Shown piece after piece: positions 11,818-26,300 of a DNA stretch of 64,000 nucleotides. Each line of letters begins with the position of its first letter. Positions within the stretch are counted from its first letter, which is position 1. The stretch comes from Schmidtea polychroa (lineage: Eukaryota). The stretch spans positions 91,016,001-91,080,000 of the forward strand of contig CM097888.1 in assembly GCA_044892525.1 (NCBI GenBank), given 5' to 3'. The notes below the pieces were generated by a model. That model saw nothing but the letters and a program-made list of their open reading frames with translations. It ran no database searches and had not been told where the DNA came from. The position numbers and the translations under genes are program-made.

Positions 11818-14800
11818 AATAGCTCTAATACATTTTCTCAGTAAATCTGTTCTGACATAACTTTTAATATATTTCAAATTAAGCTACTTATCATTGTAAG
11901 TAATATAATTTCATTAAATGTTTATGAATTTTTAATCCTACGAAATTCTACCAAATGTGCAAATCAAAAATAAAAGAAATTCACTTACTATATTGATTTG
12001 TCTGTAATGTTTGACTTGTTGAATTTCCCCATCCGAAACCGTTCAATGATATCACATTGATTGTGTAATTTGTATATGGTAAAATCTTTGCATCATTGAT
12101 TGTAACAGCAAATGATTGATTATTTGAACTAAATGTTGATCCAGTTATTGCATAACATTGACCAGTGTTATTATTGGGCCATGTTTGAATTGATATCTAT
12201 ATCAACATGCAAATCATCATTAATAACAGGATTGGTCAAGCTCACATTATTTACACAGCCGGTGCAATTCAATGACATTGTCAATACGCATGCACTAGTT
12301 GTATTCTGCACCCAGATCAAATATTGGACGATTTCTCCATTCGCAACATTAGGAGGTCCCCAAGTGATAGACAGTGGCGATGAAGGAAATAAACTCGTTA
12401 TAGATAAATTGGTTACGGGTCCACTGGCTATATTTAGATGAGAAATACGTTATAAATGAATAATTAAGAAAAGTTCCATCTTTTAATAAATGCATTTCCC
12501 CAGAAAATATACTAAATGTGAAATCCTTGTCAATGGGTTTCCTATCCTATATATTCTAGTCGCAGTCTACCGTTTTTCCGAGTTTTCTCTATCCAAATAT
12601 ATCTATAATTTTATTACGATTGGGCCACTTTAAAAAAGCTTTATCTTTATTGATCGATTATTTTCAATTTATTTTCATTTCATTTTCTTACATTGTAAAA
12701 AAGTTTTCCATGCGATAAAATCGTTAATTTCTCACTTGATAATTCCTGTGCAGGATATGTGTTTAGTTTGGATTTATTGATCTAGTCATAAGAATTAGGT
12801 GAAAGGAAATTGAATATTTTACATGATTTAGAAAGATAACATTTAAATTTAAGTATAATTATAACTATTTTCCAATTTCACCACTGATATTTGTTTTCAT
12901 TTTAATTAACTATAATTGTTTAATTATTATGATTTTCAGTTTTATGAGATATTTTTAATCTAAATTTTATTTTTTTAAGAGTAATTAATTTTTAATGTTG
13001 AATGCAGTTGTTGTTGGTATAATTTAATTTTAGTTGGGAATATTTGAAAATTCGGTTCATGAGTTGCTGGTTCCATCCGAGCATGGTCCGTTATATTTTC
13101 ATTTGTATTTGCAAGGAATGGTGATTTGATAGTGCAAATTTCATCACAAAATCCAGTGATTCATAGCAGCAGCAGAATTTCCTGATTATTTGTGGCGGGG
13201 GGGGGGGGGGGGGTTCTCACAGCTCATTTACATTGCTTCCATTTATGTAACTAAGTTATGTTTGATAATACAAATCAAGCAATTTCCAGCAAACTATATA
13301 TTGAATTGTCTGATTATAAATTTAACTGAGAAAACTGCCAAACATTCGATTCAAGAAAGCTGACTCAAAGGAGGATTTCTGTGAAATAGGAATGTTAATT
13401 AATGAGGAATAAATTGGGTGCCCCAGTTGGAGCATGATTGAAATAAACATTTCCTAAGAAATCAAATTACCATTTGATATAAGCTTCATCAGTTAATATT
13501 TATTGCAATATTTTTGAATTTTATTTTAACATTATCACTGAATTTCTCAAAGTATCAATTTTAGATCTAGAATTTCTAAGAATTCCCATATAAATTTTAA
13601 CCTCCTTTATCATTTTTGAATTGCTTTCTAAGCGTATTCTTCATAAGCTTTTCATTTCTTTTCTTAATAATATAAAGTTTCATTGCATTCTATGTTCTAT
13701 AGGATTTATTTTTTAACCTGCTGCGCTAAATAGATATATACAACAACAAATAATACAATAAAGAAATATTTATAAGCTAGCAAAAGGCCGCATTAGAATA
13801 TTGTGACCCCCTCCGTGTCGAATATTAGATATTGTAAAAAAATTTCCACAAAAAATCTATTATAAAATAATTTCATCCAATCTGGAGAAACGTAAATAAC
13901 TATTCAAAGAACATAAATAAATAATAATTTGATATATGAAATATAATTGTTACATGCAATAAGCAAAAGTAATATATAATGGACTGTCATAAACAAAAAT
14001 AAATTATCATAATCAGAGCTCGAATATCTTTGACCGTTAGATGATGGTGCTGAAGGTTAGCAAATTTGGGTGGCAGTTTAGGATTTTCAATGATATTGAC
14101 ATCAAGAAATACACTCGTCGTTTAAATTAAGTGAATTCTAAATATTAGTTGAGAAATCCTGTATAGGTTACGCTTCATAAATGAGATAAATGCCGCTTAT
14201 TAAATTCATATGAAGCTGAGAAATGTGCCGGAAGAGGCGAGCGTTTTATACTATGAAGTCATTGATAAAAGTCCACAGAAAGCTCAAATATAATATTAAC
14301 ACTGGCCATGAAATATTTAGTCACATATCAACTATTTGACGGTGAAATAATTTGTTACGCACCGACAACACCATTAATAAACAGAACTTCTCAAGTAAAT
14401 CCTATCCCCTGTAGGCCCCCAAGTAATATCATTGAAAATGAGATCTATTTCATATTCATTAAGCGGTCAACTAGAGTTCATGGCCAATTCTGAGAGTAAC
14501 ATATTGCCAGCAGCTTGGGTCACTATCAGTTATCGTGACGATGAGCATAGGCTCTTTTCTTTAAATGTTTATATAAGGTTTGAAGGATTTCGGAAATGTT
14601 TTGATTTTATTATGTTTTGTCGAAATTTATATATTTATTATTTATTAATCTTTGATTATTACATTTATTCTTTGTTATAATTTTTATTATTTTTTATTTG
14701 CCTTATTTCTTAGTTTTTTAATTTTAATTAATATTTACAATATTACTTGTAGTTTTTATTATTTTAGTTGATCATTTTTATCAAATCATTTTAAAATGTC

Positions 14801-16460
14801 CGCTTAAATCTATTGAAAAGAACCGAATCTCAGATGCGCGGTAACTGATGGTGTCCCAAGCTGCAAACATTATCCTACTGCTGAGCCCTGATTATAATAG
14901 AATAATGTAATAACAAAGGACAATTTCACGACCACAAGCAGACAATAAATAGAATACACATAAACATGGATTGTACCAACCTTCCGACACAGATCGTTTA
15001 AATATTCGTTTTACTAAATCTAGAAATTATTTCAATTACCTTTTACCTAGATCTCTATTATTTATTATATTTAATATTAGATGCATTGCATTGAGAACCA
15101 ATGTTAAACAAGTAAAAACATTTCCATATTCAGTAACCTCACCATAAGGTACAAGGCAATAATTCCCTTCTCCACTAACAGTAGTCTTAACAGTCAGCTA
15201 AAGTCAGCCTCCACATTTGTATGAATATCAATGACAAAATATTATAATGTGATAAATTATTTGCATAATATATAATACTAGGAACGAAATCCCATTATAT
15301 GGACTGGGTTGATAACATCACATGGAGAATTTTACAAATATTATTTAAGAAAATGTAAATATAAAATTTCATTGATATAAAATTTAATTAAGAAAATTTC
15401 AAATCAATACTTTACTGACAAATTATAAGTAAAAAGTTAAGGTAAAATTATTTTGCTACTCAACTCGTTTTCTCAGCATCATCATTTGGCATCTTATATT
15501 AGATATTTATTAATGACATATAAAAGGAATGATAAATGAATAAAATGTGGGCAACGTTCACACCTATTTGTGAAATATCCGCTAAAGAAATTGATAAAAG
15601 ACTAGAATAATTCATAAGGTATAAAATGAAGATATAAAAAATCAAGTATAAGAAATAAATTCTAAAAAATATCTTAAATAAGAATCTGACATTAAAAATT
15701 TAATTGTGATGTCTAATTGCAAATAATTGGCATAAAGGGGAAGCTGAGGTAATGGAGCATTTCATTTAGAGATGAAACTTTGCTAAGTTGATAGAAGGAA
15801 ATTGTTTCAACCACATTATGATGTATTTGTGATTCGGCTTTGTGAAGGGTATGAAATAAATAACAGCAAAATGAAGCATACAAAAGCATAAATATTTCAA
15901 TAGAAAATATACATTCAAAATATGGTATAAACTAACTAATTTTATATCGGTTGCAGGGACAAGAAATGTGAAATTAGAAATATTCTCACGAATGAGGAGA
16001 AAGAAAAAGTGCAAACGAGAGGAAAAAATAAATTTTTTTATATTTTTGGAAGGTAAATAATAAAATATTTTATTATATTTGAAACATAAGGATAGATTAT
16101 CATAGAATATTTATATCATTAAATTAGATATTTTTAAGATAATAAAACATTTTTCAATTGAAAAACCAAAATAATTAAATTACCAATGACTGTTTGCCTT
16201 TTTTATCAATTTCTAATATCATAAACCAATTTTAATCAGAATACCAATGAATGATATGGAACCATATTTTGTATATTATTACATTTATTATGAGGTCTAT
16301 TCTATAATTTTCCATATTTATGGTTCTAACCAGTCATATAAGCTCTAGATCAAGGAACACAACAAATGTTAGGAAATTGATTTTCCCAGCAAAGTTTTTT
16401 GTTTATAAAAATAAAATTCAAATTCAATCTAGACAAGAATTATTAAAAATAAAAATAAAA
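11818..16460. repeat. Segmental duplication copy 1 (B cassette + ~4-kb spacer)
   Basis: Near-identical to 23316-27815. The same short ORFs recur at offset 11387 (14308/25695, 14432/25819, 15766/27153). Confidence 0.95.
11989..12427 (-). CDS. FN3 cassette 4 (B-type variant)
   Basis: Exons 12427-12246 and 12196-11989. Starts TSGPVTNLSITSLFPSSPLSITWGPPNVANGEIVQYLIWVQNTTSAC after a different acceptor (aaatatag). Open frame. Confidence 0.85.
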
Positions 16461-16595
16461 NNNNNNNNNNNNNNNNNNNNNNNNNNNNNNNNNNNNNNNN
16501 NNNNNNNNNNNNNNNNNNNNNNNNNNNNNNNNNNNNNNNNNNNNNNNNNNNNNNNNNNNNNNNNNNNNNNNNNNNNNNNNNNNNNNNNNNNNNNN

Positions 16596-19500
16596 ATAAT
16601 TTCCAACGAATTACTTACATAACCAGGACACTAGACCTTGATATCTATTGAATGATGCGGGAATGCTTGGATAACTAAATTAAGTAAGTATGTTTGTCTT
16701 CTGTGTCAACAGTATCACTTAAACTAATAATTCTCCCTTTTGTAGATTACGCAATTCAATGTACTATAAATAGTATAACGATTGTGTGTTCCGTTTAGAT
16801 TTTTGAAGTGAATAAAGATTTCTGTGAAACTATGTCTTCTTCTAACATGGCGACCACGCCAGGACTCCAGAACTATATCAAGCCACCTAATCAATTGCTG
16901 CCAAATGGTGATTTAGAAATTTTTATTTTGGAATTGAAGAGATTTTTCGAAGTCACTCAACAACCGCAAGAAACTCAAGAAATAGTTACCAAGGCCTTTC
17001 TGTCGGTAGAGTTGATCCAGAAATATGAAGAAGTACAGAGCGATTATTCAGGCTATGAAGAAAGATTAAGAAAAGCGTTCGAGCCAAGGAAAAATCTAGC
17101 CATGGATCTAGACGCAGCTTTAAGATATCGAAAAGGAAATGACTCGTGCACCGAATTTTTCAATAAAGTGGAAAAGCTCGTCGACAATGTTCTTCGACAC
17201 AAATTAACAAAACCGGCATTAATGTTATTTTTAATGCAGAATGCAATGGAAGATATGGAAACAAAAAGAACTGAAATTAAGAGAAGTTAAATCAGTAGAT
17301 AAGGCCAAGGAAGTGATATCAAGAATGGAAGAAATTCAAAAAGAGCTTTCAAGTGAACAATCATTAGCATCTCTACATGAAAATAAATCATATGCGGAGA
17401 CAGTCAAAAGTCCGAGAAAAACTCAGTTGTAGCAACAGAATAAGACGCCAATATTTTCTAACTCTAGAACCAATGAGGCCATGAACTTCAATAGGCCAAA
17501 TAAAAGTGACTGGAAGAACGGGAGCAGGCGATTTAAACTGCAGAGATGTTGGGCGTGTGGAGAGCAAGGACATATTCGAGCAGAATGCCCAAACGTAAAA
17601 TGCTCTCAATGTTCCAAAAATGGTCATTTCAAGTATCAATGTTGGGACATCAGAAGAAATTCAGTTAAAACAGAAGCATATTACAACGGAAGAAATTATG
17701 ATAGAAATCAAAAACAATTTGGATCCAGAGGACAATATCAAAGCAGAAACCAATCTTCAGACAGAGGACCACATCGAAGGCAATGCAATGCGATATACGA
17801 CTACGAATACGAGGAAGGAGAGCTGATTCAACAGGATGACAAGCAAAAAGATTCCGAACAGCTAAAAGGGGAGGCTCCAGTTTCAAGGGAGTTGCTAGGA
17901 GCCATAAATTTGGTTTAAGTAAGTATATTGTTGACACAGAATGTTTGAATTTGAATGCTTGTGATTTCAAGATTTCCGTAATGAATGAATTTAAAGATGA
18001 TTTAAAAATTAATGATGTAATTATGAATGATTGTGAATGTTTTGACTTTGAAAATTATTTTGAATATAGTTTTTATGAAATTAGTAACAAAATTGATAAG
18101 ATTATGAGTATCGATATAATTAATAATAAAGTTAATGAAAATAAAGAAAGACCTTTTGCACCTAAATTCGTTTACGAAAGAATGAATGGCAGACCTAGTG
18201 TAGGTATTTGGCTGGAAAATAAAATAAAAGTTAATTGTCTTTTGGATACCGGGGCTAGAATAAACGTGATTAGCGAAGATGTTGTTAGTAAATTAAAGAT
18301 GCGTGATAAAATAAGGGAATCCAATATTATGGTTACATGTACAAACGAGAGCACACTTAAAATCATAGGAACAATATTACTAAAAGTGAGAATTTCGGGA
18401 TTAGAATTGGTAATAAGATTCTTTGTGGCAAATAAGATTAATCCGAGCGTAATTGCAGGCGTAGAAATGATGAATTGTTTTGATATTAAATTACAGACAG
18501 TAACTAAAGTAAAATTAAAAAATTAATTAATGAATTTAGAGGAAAACAATTTGAAAGGAATTATCGACCCAACGATTAATAAATTACTTAAAGAATTTTC
18601 GGATATATTCATTAAATATAAATGGGATGTAGGAAAAACACAGTTAATTAAACATAAGATAGTTACTAGAGATAGCCCAGTGACAATTAATCCTAGACGT
18701 CAGCCGATTCATATTGCTCACAAAATACAAGACATGCTAAAAGACATGGAAGAAGCAGGAATTATAAAAAAATGTGACTCGGTGTGGAATAGCCCATTGG
18801 TATGTGTGTTAAAAAAGAATAAATCAGATATGGATTTTCGGGCACTAAATGCAATTACGGAGAGACCTTGATTTCCAATACCAAATATTGAAGAGATGAT
18901 GGATATCCTAAATGGAGCACAGATATTTAGCACTATCGATCTTGGTAATGCTTATTATCAAGTGGAATTAGAAGAGGAATCAAAAATAAAGACTGCATTT
19001 TCAACAAAAGATGGTCAATATTGTTTTAACCGAATGCCTTTTGAAAATGCAGCTGCCCCAGCAACTTTTCAAAAATTAATGACTCAAGTTTTGGGTGATC
19101 TGAATTGGAGAGAAGCAATTGTCTATTTAGACGATATCCTTATATTTGCAGACAATGAAATCGAACATAAAAAAAGACTAGAAAGAGTTTTTCGAAAGAT
19201 TCAAGAAGCTGGTTTGAAAATAAGCTTAGAAAAATGTTGTTTTAACAAACTAGAAATAAAATTTTTGGGACACATTATAAATAAAAATGGTATTAAGACA
19301 GATTATGAAAAGATAAAAGCAATGCAAGAATATGAAAAACCAAAATGTATTAAACGTTTAAGAAGCTTTCTAGGCTTAACAAATTATTATCGAAAATTTG
19401 TTAAAGATTACGCCAAGTATGCAAGACCATTAGAAAGGTTATGTGGGTCTAACAAAGATAAACTTATATGGACTGAAGAATGTGAAACAAATTTCAACAC

Positions 19501-21273
19501 GCTAAAGAAAGCGTTAACGTCTACCCTAGTACTAGGATTTCCGGATTTACGAAAAACCTTTATTTTAGATACAGATGCTAGTTTCGATACGATTGGGGGA
19601 GTGCTTTCGCAGTTGAGTAGTAATGGACAAGAACAAGTTATTGCATATGGATCAAAGACAATGAATAAGCACGAAATCGGTTACTGCATTACGCGAAAGG
19701 AATTGCTTGCAATCTATCATTTTACTCAGCATTTCAAACACTATCTATATGGAAAAAGATTTACTTTAAGAACCGATCATAAAGCTATAACCTTTATGAT
19801 AAATACAAAAAAGCCAATCACAGCACAATTCCAAACATGGATTAACTATTTAAGTGGACTAGATATCAAATTAGAATACAGAAAAGGAGAATTGCATGCT
19901 AACGCAGATGCCCTATCAAGAAAAGACTGTACTTCATGTGGTCAGTGCCAAACAGTTCATGAAAACGCCAAGGTAGATAAAAATAAAACTAAATATTGGC
20001 CATAGAAAATATGGACCAAGAAATAAAAGTAAATAATGAAGGTATAATTTTTAATATACATAAAGACTTATGTCACGCAGGGGTAAACAAAATTTACGAA
20101 TATGAACGGAAAAATATGAGAATGAAAATTAGTGAAAACGAAGTTAGAAGAGTGATTGAAAATTGTGAACAGTGTCAGAAACGGAAGACGTGGACAAGAC
20201 GAACAAAAGAACCGCTGATTAAACAGAGTACAGATGAAGTTTTCAAAGAGATATTTATTGATTTCAGCGGACCATTTAAGAAAACAATTCATGGAAAACA
20301 ATATATTTTAGCTATAATTGATCAATTTAGTAGGTATATATCATTGACGGCAGTTGCTCATCAGGATGAAAAGACGACGGCAAAGATTTTAAGAGAAAAT
20401 TGGATTTTGAAATTTGGTGCCCCTAAAAGCATTCATTCCGATAGAGGAAAAACATTTGAATCTCAACTCCTTTTAGAAGTGTTGAAAACTCATCATATTA
20501 CAATAATATATTCAAGCCCATATCATCATAGTACAAACAGTTTAGTTGAGAGGCAATTTAGAACTATAAGGGATGCAATTGCAATTAAGTTAAAAGACAA
20601 ACGGCATAAAGATTGGGCAGAAATATTGCCAGATGTGGAATTTATGTTAAATGCGACGATACAGCAGACAACCGGATTTTTACCCTCTGAAATAATATTT
20701 GGGCGGAATATTTGTAGACAATGGATGGAAAAAGAGAATTTGGATATACAAAATAATGATGCTAATAATCGGAGAAGGGAGATCGTGGAGGGAATTAAAC
20801 ATAAACAAAACATAGAAAAGAAGTTAATTACACAAAATTATAGGAATTTTGAAGTTGGAGACCAAGTATTGGTTAAAAAAGAAAATACTAGAAAGATGGA
20901 TGAACGTTATGAAGGGCCTTATGAAATAACTGGAAAACGACATGACAGAAGCTATGTTCTAAAGAATAAGCAAGGCAAAGAAATAATCCGAAATGTAGAA
21001 TGGATCAAAAGTTTTAAATGGAGGGGGATGTAAGATGATATAATAATTTCCAACGAATTACTTACATAACCAGGACACTAGACCTTGATATCTATTGAAT
21101 GATGCGGGAATGCTTGGATAACTAAATTAAGTAAGTATGTTTGTCTTCTGTGTCAACAGTATCACTTAAACTAATAATTCTCTCTTTTGTAGATTACGCA
21201 ATTCAATGTACTATAAATAGTATAACGATTGTGTGCTCCGCTTAGATTTTTGTAGTGAATAAAGATTTCTGTA
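16596..21273 (+). mobile_element. Full-length but defective Ty3/gypsy LTR retrotransposon
   Basis: 5' LTR ends ...TCTAACA at 16847. 3' LTR starts TGTAAG at 21029 after PPT GGAGGGGGA. The visible LTR parts differ at only a few sites, and the outer ends are in N gaps. Gag has two CCHC knuckles (CWACGEQGHIRAEC, CSQCSKNGHFKYQC). Pol has LLDTGA, YLDD, RNase H and integrase, broken by stops and frameshifts. Confidence 0.96.
16848..16867 (+). promoter_or_regulatory. Primer binding site, tRNA-Arg-like
   Basis: TGGCGACCACGCCAGGACTC directly after the LTR terminal CA. Complementary to a tRNA 3' end (...GAGTCCTGGCGTGGTCGCCA) resembling tRNA-Arg. The isotype is inferred from memory of tRNA sequences. 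Confidence 0.7.
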
Positions 21274-21654
21274 NNNNNNNNNNNNNNNNNNNNNNNNNNN
21301 NNNNNNNNNNNNNNNNNNNNNNNNNNNNNNNNNNNNNNNNNNNNNNNNNNNNNNNNNNNNNNNNNNNNNNNNNNNNNNNNNNNNNNNNNNNNNNNNNNNN
21401 NNNNNNNNNNNNNNNNNNNNNNNNNNNNNNNNNNNNNNNNNNNNNNNNNNNNNNNNNNNNNNNNNNNNNNNNNNNNNNNNNNNNNNNNNNNNNNNNNNNN
21501 NTCTCAGTAAATCTGTTCTGACATAACTTTTAATATATTTCAAATTAAGCTGCTTATCATTGTAAGTAATATAATTTCATTAAATGTTTATGAATTTTTA
21601 ATCCTACGAAATTCTACCAAATGTGCAAATCAAAAATAAAAGAAATTCACTTAC

Positions 21655-22090
21655 TATATTGATTTGTCTGAAATGTTTGACTTGTTGAATTTCCCCATCC
21701 GAAACCGTTCAATGATATCACATTGATTGTGTAATTTGTATAAGGTAAAATCTTTCCATCATTGATTGTGACAGCAAATGATTGATTATTTGAACTAAAT
21801 GTTGATCCAGTGATTGCATTACATTGACCAGTGTTATTGGGCCATGTTTGAATTGATATCTATATCAACATGCAAATCATCATTAATAGCAGCATTGGTC
21901 AAGCTCACATTATTTACACAGCCAGTGCAATTCAATGACATTGTCAATACGCATTCACTCTTCGTATTCTGCACCCAGATCAAATATTTCACGATTTCTC
22001 CATTCGCAACTTCAGGAGGTGACCAAGTGATAGACAGTGGCGATGAAGGAAATGAACTCATTATATTTAAATTTCTCACAGAGCCACTGG
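21655..22090 (-). CDS. FN3 cassette 5 (two exons)
   Basis: Exons 22090-21909 and 21859-21655, 49-nt intron, open frame. Confidence 0.85.
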
Positions 22091-23315
22091 CTGAATGATA
22101 AAAAAAAGAAATTAGAAATATTTGACATTGGAAAGCGGTAAAGAAATACTATCTAAATGAAAAACAACAAATTTCATAATATAAAAATGTTTGGAATAAG
22201 ATTAAAGTATCAAAGTTGTATTATTTTTTTCGCATTTCTGTGATAATGTATTCTGCTTAACCCAGGATTTTCCTCCTCAACCACGAAGGGAAATTTTAGG
22301 TCATTATAAAATTAGTAACTTTGGGAAATCATGCATATCAATAACAAATTCGACAACTCTTTCTAGAATCTTGAAAGCGACTTTATTTCAAATTACTTAT
22401 CAAAATCTATTTCATAAGCTCAAATTGCTCAATGCATTTGTACTCCTAGGAATCTTATAATTGTATTTTATTTCTCTCTTTAACCCCCAAAATGCAAATT
22501 AAATCTGGCGATTGATAGAAAACGTCCCTAACTTTCTAACAACAATTTGGAATATATCAAAAACATTGCGCTGTTTATTTTAAAATGTAAGACATCCAAC
22601 AAAAAAAATTTCCAGCCTTAGATTTAAATGTTTCAATTGTAACTTGAAACTTTGTTGTTGTTACTTGAGGGATTTAATTAGAAAATAGATGTAAATGTAA
22701 TTATCTCACTCATTCTATTCTGGATTTATTGTTCTTTTTGGAGATTATTTAACCATTTAGGTAAAGAATTTTCTCAACAGTTTCCATAGCATAATTAAAA
22801 ATTAAATATTATAATGATAATAATAAAGTAATGAAAATATATAATATTAATACAAAAACAAATAAGAATAAAAATATTAATAACATTAAATAATAACAAA
22901 AAATTAGCTAATGTGTTNNNNNNNNNNNNNNNNNNNNNNNNNNNNNNNNNNNNNNNNNNNNNNNNNNNNNNNNNNNNNNNNNNNNNNNNNNNNNNNNNNN
23001 NNNNNNNNNNNNNNNNNNNNNNNNNNNNNNNNNNNNNNNNNNNNNNNNNNNNNNNNNNNNNNNNNNNNNNNNNNNNNNNNNNNNNNNNNNNNNNNNNNNN
23101 NNNNNNNNNNNNNNNNNNNNNNNNNNNNNNNNNNNNNNNNNNNNNNNNNNNNNNNNNNNNNNNNNNNNNNNNNNNNNNNNNNNNNNNNNNNNNNNNNNNN
23201 NNNNNNNNNNNNNNNNNNNNNNNNNNNNNNNNNNNNNNNNNNNNNNNNNNNNNNNNNNNNNNNNNNNNNNNNNNNNNNNNNNNNNNNNNNNNNNNNNNNN
23301 NNNNNNNNNNNNNNN

Positions 23316-26300
23316 CATTTTCTTAGTAAATTTGTTCAGACATAACTTTTGATAAATTTCAAATTAAGCTGCTTATCATTGTAAGTAATATAATTTCATT
23401 AAATGTTTATGAAATTTTAATCTTAGCTAATGTGAAAATCAGAAATAAAAGAAATTCACTTACTATATTGATTTGTCTGCAATGTTTGACTTGTTGAATT
23501 TCCCCAACCGAAACCGTTCAATGATATCACATTGATTGTGTAATTTGTATACGGTAAAATCTTTCCATCATTGATTGTAACAGCAAATGATTGATTATTT
23601 GAAATAAATGTTGATCCAGTTATTGCATAACATTGACCAGTGTTATTGGGCCATGTTTGAATTGATATCTATATCAACATCCAAATCATCATTAATAGCA
23701 GCATTGGTCAAGCTCACATTATTTACACAGCCAGTGCAATTCAATGACATTGTCAATACGCATGCACCAGTCGTATTCTGCACCCAGATCAAATATTGGA
23801 CGATTTCTCCATTCGCAACATTAGGAGGTCCCCAAGTGATAGACAGTGGGGATGAAGGAAATAAACTCGTTATAGATAAATTGGTTACGGGTCCACTGGC
23901 TATATTTAGATGAGAAATACGTTATAAATGAATAATTAAGAAAAGTTCCATCTTTTAATAAATGCATTTCCCCAGAAAATATACTAAATGTGAAATCCTT
24001 GTCAATGGGTTTCCTATCCTATATATTCTAGTCGCAGTCGACCGTTTTTCCGAGTTTTCTCTATCCAAATATATCTATAATTTTATTACGATTGGGCCAC
24101 TTTAAAAAAGCTTTATCTTTATTGATCGATTATTTTCAATTTATTTTCATTTCATTTTCTTACATTGTAAAAAAGTTTTCCATGCGATAAAATCGTTAAT
24201 TTCTCACTTGATAATTCCTGTGCAGGATATGTGTTTAGTTTGGATTTATTGATCTAGTCATAAGAATTAGGTGAAAGGAAATTGAATATTTTACATTATT
24301 TAGAAAGATAACATTTAAATTTAAGTATAATTATAAGAACTATTTTTCCAATTTCACCACTGATATTTGTTTTCATTTTAATTAACTATAATTGTTTAAT
24401 TATTATGATTTTCAGTTTTATGAGATATTTTTAATGTAAATTTTAGTTTTTGAAAAGTAATTAATTTTTAATGTTGAATGCAGTTGTTGTTGGTATTTTA
24501 ATTTTAGTTGGGAATATTTGAAAATTCGGTTCATGAGTTGCTGGTTCCATCCGAGCATGGTCCGTTATATTTTCATTTGTATTTGCAAGGAATGGTGATT
24601 TGGTAGTGCAAATTTCATCACAAAATCCAGTGATTCATAGCAGCACAATTTCCTGATTATTTGTGGGTTTCTCACAGCTCATTTACATTTCTTCCATTTA
24701 TGTAACTAAGTTATTTTTGATAATACAAATCAAATTTCCAGCAAACTATATATTGAATTGTCTGATTATAAATTTAACTGAACACTGCCAAACATTCGAT
24801 GCAAGAAAGCTGAAAGATTTCCAAACTCAAAGGAGGATTTCTGTGAAATAGGAATGTTAATTAATGAGGAATAAATTGAGTGCCCCAGTTGGAGCATGAT
24901 TGAAATAAACATTTCCTAAGAAATCAAATTACCATTTGATATAAGCTTCATAAGTTAATATTTATTGCAATATTTTTGAATTTTATTTTAACATTATCAC
25001 TGAATTTCTCAAAGTATCAATTTTAGATCTAGAATTTCTAAGAATTCCCATAAACATTTTAACCTCCTTTATCATTTTTGATTTGCTTAATAAGCGTATT
25101 CTTCATAAGCTTTTCATTTCTTTTCTTAATAATATAAAGTTTCATTGCATTCTATGTTCTATAGGATTTATTTTTTAACCTGCTGCGATTAATAGCTGGC
25201 AAAGGGCCGCATTAGAATATTGTGACCCCCTCCATGTCGAATATTAGATATTGTTAAAAATTCCACAAAAAATCTATTATAAAATAATTTCATCCAATCT
25301 GGAGAAACGTAAATAATTATTCAAAGAACTTAAATAAATAATAATTTGATATATGAAATATAATTGTTACATGCAATAAACAAAAATAAATTATCATAAT
25401 CAGAGCTCGAATATCTTTGACCGTTAGATGATGGTGCTGAAGGTTAGCAAATTTGGGTGGCAGTTTAGGATTTTCAATGATATTGACATCAAGAAATACA
25501 CTCGTCGTTTAAATTAAGTGAATTCTAAATATTAGTTGAGAAATCCTGTATAGGTTACGCTTCATAAATGAGATAAATGCCGCTTATTAAATTCATATGA
25601 AGCTGAGAAATGTGCCGGAAGAGGCGAGCGTTTTATACTATGAAGTCATTGATAAAAGTCCACAGAAAGCTCAAATATAATATTAACACTGGCCATGAAA
25701 TATTTAGTCACATATCAACTATTTGACGGTGAAATAATTTGTTACGCACCGACAACACCATTAATAAACAGAACTTCTCAAGTAAATCCTATCCCCTGTA
25801 GGCCCCCAAGTAATATCATTGAAAATGAGATCTATTTCATATTCATTAAGCGGTCAACTAGAGTTCATGGCCAATTCTGAGAGTAACATATTGCCAGCAG
25901 CTTGGGTCACTATCAGTTATCGTGACGATGAGCATAGGCTCTTTTCTTTAAATGTTTATATAAGGTTTGAAGGATTTCGGAAATGTTTTGATTTTATTAT
26001 GTTTTGTCGAAATTTATATATTTATTATTTATTAATCTTTGATTATTACATTTATTCTTTGTTATAATTTTTATTATTTTTTATTTGCCTTATTTCTTAG
26101 TTTTTTAATTTTAATTAATATTTACAATATTACTTGTAGTTTTTATTATTTTAGTTGATCATTTTTATCAAATCATTTTAAAATGTCCGCTTAAATCTAT
26201 TGAAAAGAACCGAATCTCAGATGCGCGGTAACTGATGGTGTCCCAAGCTGCAAACATTATCCTACTGCTGAGCCCTGATTATAATAGAATAATGTAATAA

